64,000 nucleotides of DNA from sequence record NC_048747.1. One strand, 5' to 3'. This document shows positions 1-9,605 of the stretch, piece after piece (the stretch's first letter is position 1; every line of letters starts with the position of its first letter). Position numbers and translations under genes: made by a program. The notes beneath the pieces are model-generated. The model was not told the origin of the DNA. It saw nothing but the letters and a program-made list of their open reading frames with translations, and searched no databases.

Positions 1-414
1 CAAGAACTTACTTACTCGACGCATTGCTCTGACCGCCCTAGCAATTTTCTCATCATCCATTTGAAGACGATCAAGTCGCTCTAAGAAGCGATACATGTCC
101 ATAGATTCATCTCGGTATTTTTCTAACCACTCTTCGAACACATTCACACCATCGATCGATTTCTTATCTCCTTTATTACACCAGATACGTTGCAGTGTAG
201 GATAGTATTTGTGTTCTTTATTTTCATCCAACAGCTTAATGATTTCTCGTTCGTTCTCTAGACCTGCTCTCCAACCCGGTAATGAGTCACAAGCATCATA
301 CCAGTAGTCGTGATTACAAATGCGCTGGTATAGTTTTAACAACTCAGGTTGTTGTGACATAATGTTCTTTTCAAAGCGAGTAGCGAAACGTTGGGTGTAA
401 GTTAGTTTAGTCAT
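1..414 (-). CDS. Hypothetical protein, truncated by window edge (MTKLTYTQRFATRFEKN...)
   Basis: ATG at 414-412; frame read by hand is open for 138 codons to base 1; missing from the ORF track because its stop is outside the window. Confidence 0.75.
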   Translation of the reverse strand, partial: MTKLTYTQRFATRFEKNIMSQQPELLKLYQRICNHDYWYDACDSLPGWRAGLENEREIIKLLDENKEHKYYPTLQRIWCNKGDKKSIDGVNVFEEWLEKYRDESMDMYRFLERLDRLQMDDEKIARAVRAMRRVSKFL

Positions 415-651
415 AATGTGTTCTCTTTGTTATCAGTTGTTATCGTGACCTAACGGTCGTTAGTCTAGTATACGTTAAATAACCTTTATACGTATTACTT
501 CGTAATACTCACCGTATATACTCCCATCACTTCGTAATGTCGTATATACTCTAAGGTATATTTAACTTAGTATATTAATTAAATTATCTTCGATGTTTTT
601 CAAGTCTTTGCCCCTCCCCCATTAGGATAACTTTCACAGTAAGAAAATATT

Positions 652-963
652 TTACTTAGATTCAAAATAATCAAGTAATAGGGTTCCGTGAACTAAGTTA
701 TTAAACTCAGATACTACGAAGTCACACTTTAATGACTTTAAAGCAGAGATCAGGAATTTATCTGATGCTTGATCAACGTACTGGTTATACCAAGTTCCAT
801 TGCTCCATCGGAAAATGTCGTAAGCATTAACGAAGTACAAGTCCTTGTATCGAGTTATCCTTAAAGTGAGTTCTTCTTCCGGACTGGTCCGTATTAATAG
901 TCTGGCGACGTTCTCATAAGGAAAGTCTTTGGGTTTCTTTTTGAAACAGTTAAATAAACGCAT
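652..963 (-). CDS. Hypothetical protein (103 aa)
   Basis: ORF track; co-oriented and tightly packed with neighbours. Confidence 0.7.
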   Translation of the reverse strand: MRLFNCFKKKPKDFPYENVARLLIRTSPEEELTLRITRYKDLYFVNAYDIFRWSNGTWYNQYVDQASDKFLISALKSLKCDFVVSEFNNLVHGTLLLDYFESK

Positions 964-964
964 C

Positions 965-1126
965 TTAACGCTCCCTGGTAACCGTTTTGTTGAGTTCTCT
1001 AATCAATACAGCCTGAAAGTCTTTATCACTGTCTCTGTCCGTTTTACGGCGTTTTGTTTGATTCTGGATAACTGGTTTAGAGTGATGACCGAAATAAGGT
1101 GAGACAGGATTAACTTTTAAAAACAT
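965..1126 (-). CDS. Small hypothetical protein (53 aa, MFLKVNPVSPYFGHHSK...), below ORF-track cutoff
   Basis: AGGAG 6 nt upstream of ATG at 1126; fills the gap exactly, TAA 1 nt before the next ATG. Confidence 0.7.
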   Translation of the reverse strand: MFLKVNPVSPYFGHHSKPVIQNQTKRRKTDRDSDKDFQAVLIRELNKTVTRER

Positions 1127-1137
1127 AATAAACTCCT

Positions 1138-1169
1138 ATACTCAGAGACCCCGAAGGATCCCTGAGTAT
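1138..1169 (-). terminator. Intrinsic terminator-like hairpin with UUCG loop
   Basis: mRNA ATACTCAGGGATCC-TTCG-GGGTCTCTGAGTAT just after the HTH gene stop. Confidence 0.7.
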
Positions 1170-1178
1170 TTAGGTGGA

Positions 1179-1577
1179 TTAAAGGTGTACGACGTTATTT
1201 AAACCAGTTTCGTTTAACTGATGGTGACTACGAAGTTGGTTGTACTCTTCTTGGTAGCTGATCTCTGGTTCTCTTGTATCAGACTTACGAACATTATACA
1301 CGTCCATCTGGAACGAGTAGCTGGTGATCCCTCTACGGCGCACCATTTGGAAAGTGTAGTTGATGTTCAAGTTATCCATAATGGCAAAGATGCGATTAAG
1401 TGAGATACTTTTAACACTACCGTTCTTAATAGAACTTAACGTTGAAGGGTTCACTTTAGCCATCTCCGCCATCGCTTTAATACTCTTCACTTTATGGTGA
1501 CGGTAAATCCAGCTGCTTAGTTGAACTAGTGCGAAGATACGAATTTGGTTTAGTGAACCGTCTTTCTTGATAGTCAT
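1179..1577 (-). CDS. XRE/Cro-like helix-turn-helix DNA-binding protein
   Basis: SIKAMAEMAKVNPSTLSSIKNGSVKSISLNRIFAIMDNL matches the XRE HTH pattern. Confidence 0.75.
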   Translation of the reverse strand: MTIKKDGSLNQIRIFALVQLSSWIYRHHKVKSIKAMAEMAKVNPSTLSSIKNGSVKSISLNRIFAIMDNLNINYTFQMVRRRGITSYSFQMDVYNVRKSDTREPEISYQEEYNQLRSHHQLNETGLNNVVHL

Positions 1578-1631
1578 GGTATAAATCCTTAATTAATGTA
1601 TTGGTAAAATCGGTTGTTATCGGTTGATGAA

Positions 1632-3059
1632 TTAAAGGCGCTTCATCATGCGCTTCATTAGTGGTGACATCTCTTTACGAGACTGTTTAAGCTTCACGCC
1701 TTTGATGGTCGCTTCGATAGGGTTTATGGGACTCTCGAATGTCATTCTTGTTTCCCAGTTAGGTAGGATCAGATCTTTATTGACCAACATGTTGGTGATC
1801 TCTTTAACCAACATGTTGTTCGATAGAGCAGTTCCTTCACCATCTAGGTGTGGGAAGTGAATCGTGCAATTTACAAACAATTTAGATTCTGAGTAATCTT
1901 CTTTGTCTGCACGCTCGCAATTTATTGCTGATGACACACCCAGTGAATGTGAAACTAGAGTGTCACCTTTGTTTAGGTAGTTAATGAAGATCGAGGGTTG
2001 CACGGATTTAGGACCAAGGTAAGTTTTAGGTGCACTTAATGTATAAGGTCTCCCGTAAGCACCAAAGGTCGAGTTAGTCAACATGGACTTTGCACGTTTC
2101 AGTATAGCTAATTTGCTTTCGTCCGTCTCGTCTTTAATTGGATGCTGAAAGACTGCAACAGCTTGGTTAATGACCAGACGAACTTTATTAGTGAATATCT
2201 GCAACATTAAAATGTCGTCCGGTTCCAGTATGTGAAGAAACTCTTCCACATCACACTTAGTACTCCCCACGTAACACTCTAGATTTTCAGCCAACTCACG
2301 AAGTTGATTGACTCGCTCCTCAGTCATGAATCCTTCCACGATACGAGTAGAGAACTCGATGTGAGGTCGATAGATCGTTTGTCGTGACAGGTACTGTGAG
2401 TCACCATCACGTTGTAAGTTCATTCTTCGCATAGAAAAATCCGGCTTAGATTCATCGATATCTTTTATGGTCTCTAACCACAAAGATTTTAAACAAACGA
2501 ATGCATCCGACCGCATGTGAGGATTTAGTTTAGGTCGTTTTTCACCATCCAGCAATGAGATGTTAATACGCCCACCAAACGCTTCCACCATGAAACTATC
2601 TTCCACTTCTATTTGTTCAGAAATGGTGATTAAGTCTGTTTCATGATTACCTTGATAGAAACGGATCTCCTTTGGTTTTAATTGAGTTTTCAAGTTATCT
2701 ATCAAACCAGTAGGGTCACCTACGATAGCGTAGTTGCAACGACCTAAGCATTTGACCAACTCCATCGTGACCGAATCTTCTTTTAAATTTACTCGGAGTA
2801 AGTCTCCCGGCATCCCCATTTCTTTTAGCACTTCGCGTGTGGTAGGACGACCATCGATGAGACAATAAATGTTCTCAGGATTTTTATCTTTGATGAAGGG
2901 CTGGAGGTCGATAGGAGTGGTAAGTCGAACTTCTCCTTGACCTTCTGGACAAGGCTTGTAAACCGTCTCCACTAGGGATTTTAAATTTTCATGTTGGTTT
3001 TCTTCAAAAAGACCTAACATTGCGCTTTTACGTGATTGGTATTCGTTATTATCAGACAT
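1632..3059 (-). CDS. Hypothetical protein (475 aa), probably early-expressed
   Basis: Long ORF, AGGA RBS, promoter motif at 3111-3130; no family recognised. Confidence 0.85.
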   Translation of the reverse strand: MSDNNEYQSRKSAMLGLFEENQHENLKSLVETVYKPCPEGQGEVRLTTPIDLQPFIKDKNPENIYCLIDGRPTTREVLKEMGMPGDLLRVNLKEDSVTMELVKCLGRCNYAIVGDPTGLIDNLKTQLKPKEIRFYQGNHETDLITISEQIEVEDSFMVEAFGGRINISLLDGEKRPKLNPHMRSDAFVCLKSLWLETIKDIDESKPDFSMRRMNLQRDGDSQYLSRQTIYRPHIEFSTRIVEGFMTEERVNQLRELAENLECYVGSTKCDVEEFLHILEPDDILMLQIFTNKVRLVINQAVAVFQHPIKDETDESKLAILKRAKSMLTNSTFGAYGRPYTLSAPKTYLGPKSVQPSIFINYLNKGDTLVSHSLGVSSAINCERADKEDYSESKLFVNCTIHFPHLDGEGTALSNNMLVKEITNMLVNKDLILPNWETRMTFESPINPIEATIKGVKLKQSRKEMSPLMKRMMKRL

Positions 3060-3110
3060 GATTTGGTTCCTATTAAGGTTAATGAAAGTGAAACTGTTCT
3101 TAGCTTCATG

Positions 3111-3130
3111 TAGGTGATATAGATTTGAAA
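3111..3130 (-). promoter_or_regulatory. Putative early (virion RNAP) promoter
   Basis: TTTCAAATCTATATCACCTA; one of seven copies of the motif, each upstream of a minus-strand gene. Confidence 0.65.
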
Positions 3131-3147
3131 AAATCTAAATGCAAAGG

Positions 3148-3178
3148 TAACTACGGTGGACTAAGTCCACCGTAGTTA
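3148..3178 (-). terminator. Terminator hairpin ending the structural operon
   Basis: Perfect 14-bp inverted repeat taactacggtggac/gtccaccgtagtta at the 3179 stop. Confidence 0.8.
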
Positions 3179-4510
3179 TTAAACGTATTGTTCTTCCAGA
3201 CCCATAAACAGAGTTAAGTTTACGTTGCAATAAAACATGTACTGAGGAGACGCATCTTTAGGTACGTAATCGAATGCCATTCCAATGACGGTTCCTGTAC
3301 GTTGTTTCACTAAACCTTCCGATGTTAAGTAGTAATAACGGAAAGGCATGCCGGGACGCACCAAACGAGGGTCCGCGTTCTTCCAAGGAATGGTGAGGAT
3401 TTCACCATTGTTCACTCGAGACTTAGATAACTCACGAGCGACGTTATTAGTGGGAACGGGATTAACGTTAATGCGTTCTTCTCCAGACTTACGCTCTACG
3501 GTACGGTATTGGGTTAACGAGTCTTGACGTGTCAATAAGACTTGTCCTTTCTCATAGTGACTACCTACCATGCCGTTAGCGGCTTTACTCGAGATGATCT
3601 GTTGACCAGTGCCTTTGTTCTGAAGTTGTATATCGACTGAGTTACGTAACTCACCACGTCCACTGGAAACGATACTTAAGTTAGTGTCGTTTAAATAGTA
3701 CGAAGCTTCAATGGTCGGCATGACATCTTCAGGCACACGGATAATATCCAACGTATAGTCACTGCGGTCATATTTTACAGTGTCCCATAACGTGTAGACA
3801 CGCCACTCTCCTTTAGCATAGTACGAACCCACCCCTCGAGAGTAAACCCCGTAGTCAGTCTCTTGCAAGAACTGTACGACGTTGATTAAGTTAGTCTTAC
3901 CTTGAGGGAAAGTAATTTGTCGGTAAACCACCGTGTTGTCCACAGGCTCTTCTATAAAGACACCTTTGAATTTATCTTGACCACTTAACTCAAGGTCGAT
4001 GGTTTCCGAACTTAACGCATAGTGGATGACGTCTTTTACATTCGCAGACAAAAACACATCGGAGTAAGGAATGGTCCGTAGTTTAGAAAACCCTAAGTCC
4101 ATTAGCTGGAAGTCTAAGCTAATGAAGTTTTGATCATCGTAAAGGCTGAGGTCCATTTCCTTAGTTGTATTGCCCAAGGACTCCGTATCATTTACTGACA
4201 ACGGAATGCAACGATAATAGCGAACTTCAGAACCAGCATCAGTAGTCGTGATGAGTTCAAATTGCAAATCGTCTTTGTAGGGCAATACCTCACGCTGATA
4301 AACACCGGGTTGAATACGAACTCTTACCCGAATGTCATCACTCCTTGCTCCAACGTAATTAGCTAAACCTGTAATGCGTTCCACACCAATAATGCTCACG
4401 TAACCTTCCGGGAGCACAAACATCCCTTCCAACTCATAAACGATCGGTGCAGGTTTGGTTGCGTTGAGCTGAGCTTGCTCCATGAGGTTACTGAGTTCTA
4501 AAGGTATCAT
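3179..4510 (-). CDS. Virion structural protein, phiKZ gp101-like (possible baseplate hub)
   Basis: 443 aa; last gene of the block after the head-protein array; assignment by synteny and size. Confidence 0.5.
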   Translation of the reverse strand: MIPLELSNLMEQAQLNATKPAPIVYELEGMFVLPEGYVSIIGVERITGLANYVGARSDDIRVRVRIQPGVYQREVLPYKDDLQFELITTTDAGSEVRYYRCIPLSVNDTESLGNTTKEMDLSLYDDQNFISLDFQLMDLGFSKLRTIPYSDVFLSANVKDVIHYALSSETIDLELSGQDKFKGVFIEEPVDNTVVYRQITFPQGKTNLINVVQFLQETDYGVYSRGVGSYYAKGEWRVYTLWDTVKYDRSDYTLDIIRVPEDVMPTIEASYYLNDTNLSIVSSGRGELRNSVDIQLQNKGTGQQIISSKAANGMVGSHYEKGQVLLTRQDSLTQYRTVERKSGEERINVNPVPTNNVARELSKSRVNNGEILTIPWKNADPRLVRPGMPFRYYYLTSEGLVKQRTGTVIGMAFDYVPKDASPQYMFYCNVNLTLFMGLEEQYV

Positions 4511-4518
4511 AGTAACTC

Positions 4519-5223
4519 CTAAGCAATAAGGTCGGCGATATCAGCCATGTTAATGCGCCATTCTTCTTCAACATCCATCGTAGCTGCTGCGCGTTTACTT
4601 TGGGTGTAGTAGTCTCTCAATCGAGCAGGGAGACGATCGTCGAGTATACTGTTGAAGCTAATTTCCTCCGGGATCTCATCTACAGACTCAGAAGCCCCCA
4701 TTCTCAGTAATAGTAAGAATGGATTGACGCTTAGGTCTTCTCCTTCTGCACGGCGCTTAGCGAGCTTCATATTAGCTCTATGGATCATGACGGGACGATA
4801 AGTATGGAACACCCACAAAGCGACGTCTTCTAACTCGTACAGTTCCGGGACATGCGGAATGTAGTATTGAGGGGCCTCATTCGCAATTTCCATCCACAAG
4901 TCTAAGTATTCAGTGATGTGAGTGAAAAGTCTTATGGAATCGTCCGCATCATAAAACCCGATGGTTGACTCTTTGTTGATACCTTTGATTAAATCCTTGA
5001 GCATCGATACGGTAATCAAGAACGGTTGATGAGCACGGATGCTGTCTCCCCAACCAAAGGAATCTTGATAACTGACGTGTTCGTGGTTTTGTATCTGATC
5101 TTTCGTCATGAACATTTGAGCTGGAACAAACATACGAAACCCTTCATAAGAAAGCTCTCGCCATAAATCAATCAAACGTTTACGAACATAAGTGTAACGG
5201 ACGATGTCCACATTAACCTCCAA
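4519..5223 (-). CDS. Conserved hypothetical protein of the structural block
   Basis: 234 aa, coupled to neighbours; synteny only. Confidence 0.55.
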   Translation of the reverse strand: MEVNVDIVRYTYVRKRLIDLWRELSYEGFRMFVPAQMFMTKDQIQNHEHVSYQDSFGWGDSIRAHQPFLITVSMLKDLIKGINKESTIGFYDADDSIRLFTHITEYLDLWMEIANEAPQYYIPHVPELYELEDVALWVFHTYRPVMIHRANMKLAKRRAEGEDLSVNPFLLLLRMGASESVDEIPEEISFNSILDDRLPARLRDYYTQSKRAAATMDVEEEWRINMADIADLIA

Positions 5224-6502
5224 ATACGCGTTTAGACGTCATGATCGCTGAGACCAATATACCCGCTCGGTAGATTTGATCTTTCGGCGTCCATGTGTTA
5301 TACGCTTCACAGAATTTTAAAATCTTTTCTCGATCGACAGTTCGATCACCAAAGAACTCCTTACACCATTGTTCAAACTCACCTTTGTACCCTCCGTTGT
5401 AAAACTCTTCGGAGAAATAGTTAGGGACTTTGGTACCTTCTTCCATAGGAGGACGTGGAGCAAACCCGTTGTCTCTTGAAATATAAAGAGAGTTAAGTTC
5501 ATTGAACTCCAGTTTACTCGGGAGTAAGATGTAGTCAAACTTGGTGGCAAGGAAACCAGTGTAACCTCGAGATGACATCATTGAGGTTCGGTTGTACTTG
5601 TAGAGTTCTTTACTTACCATTGGTAAGAAGTCAAACGAACCTTGAATAAAACAATCCCAAATAGTGAGTTCTTTATCGTAATTGAAATTACGACCCACCT
5701 TAAAGTTAAGCGATTCAATCGGAGAAGCACCCGGGATGTATTTGTGGGGAATAACACGTTGTAGGTAACGTACCAAGAAGGCGTCGTAGTAATACAACTT
5801 ATCATCTTCCACAATAGCGATCGTACGCTCTGGGTTCCAATAATGATTCGTCAACAAATGTTGCGAGATCATGTAAGCCCAACGATCTAGCTTCTGGTTT
5901 AACTGACGGTTTTCTTCAGTGATGATCGCTTGACCACCCTTAAGTGCCGACTCTGCTGAGAACCATGAAGTTTCCACCACCTTACTGCGGATGTTTGCTT
6001 CGATCGTTTCATTCATCTCCGCCAACAAAGTACACTCACACATGTAAACTTTGTCTTTAGCGATTGACATAGGTTCTGGGGTTTTGGTGAGCTGAATTAG
6101 ACCAGCACGCCCGTCGCCAATATCTTGAACAAAGATGTCCGCTTTCAAAGGTTGTAGATCAAAAACGAAGTGCCCTACCCAAGTTTGGTTAACTTCGTAA
6201 CGTTCTTCATTCCAGTTACGAGAAGGGTCACCATCCCGTTTGTAGACCAGATTCTTGATCTCGGTGTACGACTGGTACGTTGCAATATCGTTTAACTGTA
6301 AACCAACGACTTCTTCGTCTTGCCCTAAGTACTGACGGTAGTAATCACAACGAATAGGTTGACCGCTAACGTTGTGTAACAGACTGGTGTGTGGAATGTA
6401 CTCAGAATCTACAATAGAGTGACGGTACTCTTTGGCGTAGACCGTAGGTTTATTTAAATCCGGTTTATCATTGATACCCGGAGCTTGTTCTAAAAAGGAC
6501 AT
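5213..6502 (-). CDS. Virion structural protein (possible neck/head-tail connector)
   Basis: 429 aa in the phiKZ gp98-100 position; function inferred from synteny. Confidence 0.5.
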   Translation of the reverse strand: MSFLEQAPGINDKPDLNKPTVYAKEYRHSIVDSEYIPHTSLLHNVSGQPIRCDYYRQYLGQDEEVVGLQLNDIATYQSYTEIKNLVYKRDGDPSRNWNEERYEVNQTWVGHFVFDLQPLKADIFVQDIGDGRAGLIQLTKTPEPMSIAKDKVYMCECTLLAEMNETIEANIRSKVVETSWFSAESALKGGQAIITEENRQLNQKLDRWAYMISQHLLTNHYWNPERTIAIVEDDKLYYYDAFLVRYLQRVIPHKYIPGASPIESLNFKVGRNFNYDKELTIWDCFIQGSFDFLPMVSKELYKYNRTSMMSSRGYTGFLATKFDYILLPSKLEFNELNSLYISRDNGFAPRPPMEEGTKVPNYFSEEFYNGGYKGEFEQWCKEFFGDRTVDREKILKFCEAYNTWTPKDQIYRAGILVSAIMTSKRVFGG

Positions 6503-6506
6503 TTTG

Positions 6507-8105
6507 TTACCTCACTACTAAGGACATGTCTAGCATGAATGAAGGAGTGTCTGGGAACTCAGGTAAAGCACCGATCATGTCGATTGCTTTTTCTAACTCT
6601 TCCAAAGTCACCACAACGTGATCGTCGTAATAATCCTTACCACCTGTTTCCCAACCCGGGATAGGTGTTCCGGTCGTTCCCCATGGTCCTGCTTCTTCCG
6701 CTTCTTTAAGCGTATTCCAGTTCCACCAAGGGAATACTTCAGGAAGCACTTTGAGTCGGTAGTTATCATCCTCAATAATAAGACGCTTGCCTTGATCAGT
6801 AAGTAGACCTAACATACCATCGATGTTTAACACAAAACGGTAGTTGTTCTCTATCACTGGATCTCTCAATAAAAACAGGTTACCTTCTGCATCCAGTTCG
6901 ATGTCCTCCTGCAATACCGGGAGATCATCAGAATAAAGCTGAATCCAAAGCACTAGGTTGTTTCTAACGGTAATCAAATCATGGTACTTCAGGATAAACT
7001 GAAGAATGATAGGATTCCATTGCATGCCTGGGATTTCTTTGATGTTGAACAAGAACTGTTTGGTGGTCTCATTCTTAACCGTAAAGTTAACGATGACCTT
7101 AGGTTCTACACGATCATAGTTCGGTGGCGGGAACCAAGGGTCGTATAACGGATAACGAGCGTGGTAGTAATGCTTAGTCCCGTCAAACCCTTTGATAGAA
7201 TCACCCGCCTGCAATTCGAAGAACTTAAACGGACTGTGTGGATTCCCTGGTTCAACTAATGGAGAATTGACAAAGTCTGAACTGATCGGAAGCTGATTAA
7301 CCATTAGTGGGTAAGTGACCTTCCAGTTAGTGAGTTCTTGCCAATAGAAAGAGTAACGGAAGCTGACTTCGTATTTACCTAAGACTTCTTGGTTGCGTTG
7401 TACCAATGCAATCGTAGGTTCCTCTAATATCAACTCAGAGTTCTCTATACGACGTTTAATCCCAAAGATGGGATGTTCACCCGCTGCGTTAGTTAAAATG
7501 CTTGTAGGAGCCGTACAGTGACGAATAAACCAATCTGGGTACTCTTCTTCTGTAGAACTGAGCCCTGCTGCTTCACTCAGTTGTTTTAAGTGACTGGTTA
7601 GCAACATGAACTCGTAAGGAACTGGATAGTGGATATGAGCACGGAACCAAGGCTGTGCGCCTTGCAGGTCATAAATACGTTGAAGTCGGTTGCGGAAGTT
7701 CTTAGCTTGCTGTCGGGTATTGAAATGAACGTTACAATCCACGTTCACCTTACGACCCTCAAAAATAGGAACCATGTTGGTACGAACAAAAGAGTTGTAC
7801 CATAGCGGGAAGTTGTTCAGTTGTCTCCCCATGTTACCGTAGCCTGAGTTGAACTCCGTGGTGACCACTTCTGCTACGGCGAACAGTTTATTACGAAATA
7901 TGAAATCAGTGTACTGACCTGACCTTGGTCCGTCTTCCGGGCTGGAGTACATAGGTCGAGCGTCTTGTGCTTCGCCATTCAGGTACACCGTCAGGTCTTT
8001 TTCTCGAACTTGGTAGTACTCCAATACAGAGTAGATGCTGTCGAGAATAGCGGGACGTGTCGCATTACGATACGTCTCACCTGCATCAAAAAGAGCAGTG
8101 AGCAT
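6507..8105 (-). CDS. Virion structural protein (possible tail completion/neck protein)
   Basis: 532 aa in the phiKZ gp98-100 position; synteny. Confidence 0.5.
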   Translation of the reverse strand: MLTALFDAGETYRNATRPAILDSIYSVLEYYQVREKDLTVYLNGEAQDARPMYSSPEDGPRSGQYTDFIFRNKLFAVAEVVTTEFNSGYGNMGRQLNNFPLWYNSFVRTNMVPIFEGRKVNVDCNVHFNTRQQAKNFRNRLQRIYDLQGAQPWFRAHIHYPVPYEFMLLTSHLKQLSEAAGLSSTEEEYPDWFIRHCTAPTSILTNAAGEHPIFGIKRRIENSELILEEPTIALVQRNQEVLGKYEVSFRYSFYWQELTNWKVTYPLMVNQLPISSDFVNSPLVEPGNPHSPFKFFELQAGDSIKGFDGTKHYYHARYPLYDPWFPPPNYDRVEPKVIVNFTVKNETTKQFLFNIKEIPGMQWNPIILQFILKYHDLITVRNNLVLWIQLYSDDLPVLQEDIELDAEGNLFLLRDPVIENNYRFVLNIDGMLGLLTDQGKRLIIEDDNYRLKVLPEVFPWWNWNTLKEAEEAGPWGTTGTPIPGWETGGKDYYDDHVVVTLEELEKAIDMIGALPEFPDTPSFMLDMSLVVR

Positions 8106-8145
8106 AAACTCCCCCTTCAGTGAATAATCATAAAATCGAATAAAG

Positions 8146-8169
8146 GGGTGAGTCCCGAAGGACCCACCC
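8146..8169 (-). terminator. Terminator hairpin, UUCG loop
   Basis: GGGTGGGTCC-TTCG-GGACTCACCC after the 8177 stop. Confidence 0.75.
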
Positions 8170-8176
8170 GTTCAGT

Positions 8177-9595
8177 TTAGAGCATCCACGATTCTTGACC
8201 GTCGACTTTTTTCTTTTCTTTGTTGGATTCCGTAACACGATCCAGTGTTGCTTTGATACCACGAAGCATAGCCATCGACTTCATGGATTCACCGATTGAG
8301 TCAGACGCTGCTTTCATCAACTCTTTAGCAGTTTTCTGAGCTTCAGACATTTGAGTCTTGATTTGACCTTTGGTGTTCTCATCAGCATCATCGCTAGTGC
8401 CAGCCGGAGGAGTAGAAGCTTCTTTAACTTTCGCTTCTGCTTCACGCAGTTTGGCTTCTGCTTCTTTCATCTCTGAAATCATGGAACCGAATTCACCTGA
8501 GATAGTTGACAAAGCTTGACTTAATTGAGTATAGGTCGTAACACCGTTTAGTTTAGCGGCTTGGTCTTTAAAGCCAGCTTTCTCTAAACGTTGTTGTAAT
8601 TGCTTAACATGACCTGAATCAGGTTCACCCGCCATACCCTTTAGCTTATCGATAGATTCATCGATCGCTTTCTTGATAGACTCGGCTTCTTTAGAACCTT
8701 CTTTCTTACGTTCTTCAAAACGAGCTTTCAAAGACTTCATACCGGCAGTCAACATTTCTGCTGCTTTACCCGCCATGCGTTTTACGTCTTCTTTAAAGTC
8801 TTCGTTGCCAGTTAACTTAAGTAAGTGAAGTGAATGAGATTGATCTAGTTCCTTCCAGAAACCTTCCATGCCACTCACATCCAACGTTTCCATGTTTTTA
8901 TCCACAGACTCACGTTGTTCTTTAGTCATCGACTCAGGAGATTCCAACAGATCACTGTCAAGGACTTGATCCATTGCAGCCACACCATCGCGGAACTTTT
9001 TGTACCAGATGTCTTCAGGTGTTTTGTCTTCTAAGAACAAATCCAGTCCTTTACTTTGGACGTGCTCAAAGATAGCAAAGACAAACATCAACTCACGAGT
9101 ACAACGTTCGATCAAGTCGAAGTCCTTAGAGTACTCTTTACTGATCTCCTCCTCCAATACTTCTAAGTTGATTTGGAAGTTGGCGAGGTGGAGTTTCATC
9201 ATCCCGGAATCCACCAAGTTATCACTTGACTCCTTCGGAGTAATGCGGTACAAGAAACCCGCATGATCAAACTTAGTATCTGGACAGTAGTCACGCATGT
9301 CGTAATAGTTGAAGTTGTTTAGCAACGCTTCAAACTTCTCAGGAACTAGGGTGTCCACTCCATCCATGAAAGAATGTAGTTCATGAACTTTTTGGATTAA
9401 CTCCTGACGAATGGCAGCAAGCAACCCCCAAGGTTCGTTGATTGTGAAAGTCCCTACGATATCTTTATCGATACCGAGGTCTTTAGCAACCTTTTCCAAC
9501 ATGATCACATCACGGTGATCTTTAATCATTGAGTCCTTTTCCACAACTCGGTAAGCGCGGGCTAGGAACAACATGTGTTTCAAAGGAGTAATCAT
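8177..9595 (-). CDS. Internal head (ejection) protein, phiKZ gp93-97-type region
   Basis: Lys/Glu/Ala-rich helical protein with SGME-GF, TGNE-DF and C-terminal DGQE-S motifs. Confidence 0.65.
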   Translation of the reverse strand: MITPLKHMLFLARAYRVVEKDSMIKDHRDVIMLEKVAKDLGIDKDIVGTFTINEPWGLLAAIRQELIQKVHELHSFMDGVDTLVPEKFEALLNNFNYYDMRDYCPDTKFDHAGFLYRITPKESSDNLVDSGMMKLHLANFQINLEVLEEEISKEYSKDFDLIERCTRELMFVFAIFEHVQSKGLDLFLEDKTPEDIWYKKFRDGVAAMDQVLDSDLLESPESMTKEQRESVDKNMETLDVSGMEGFWKELDQSHSLHLLKLTGNEDFKEDVKRMAGKAAEMLTAGMKSLKARFEERKKEGSKEAESIKKAIDESIDKLKGMAGEPDSGHVKQLQQRLEKAGFKDQAAKLNGVTTYTQLSQALSTISGEFGSMISEMKEAEAKLREAEAKVKEASTPPAGTSDDADENTKGQIKTQMSEAQKTAKELMKAASDSIGESMKSMAMLRGIKATLDRVTESNKEKKKVDGQESWML

Positions 9596-9605
9596 TACTT
9601 ATCCC

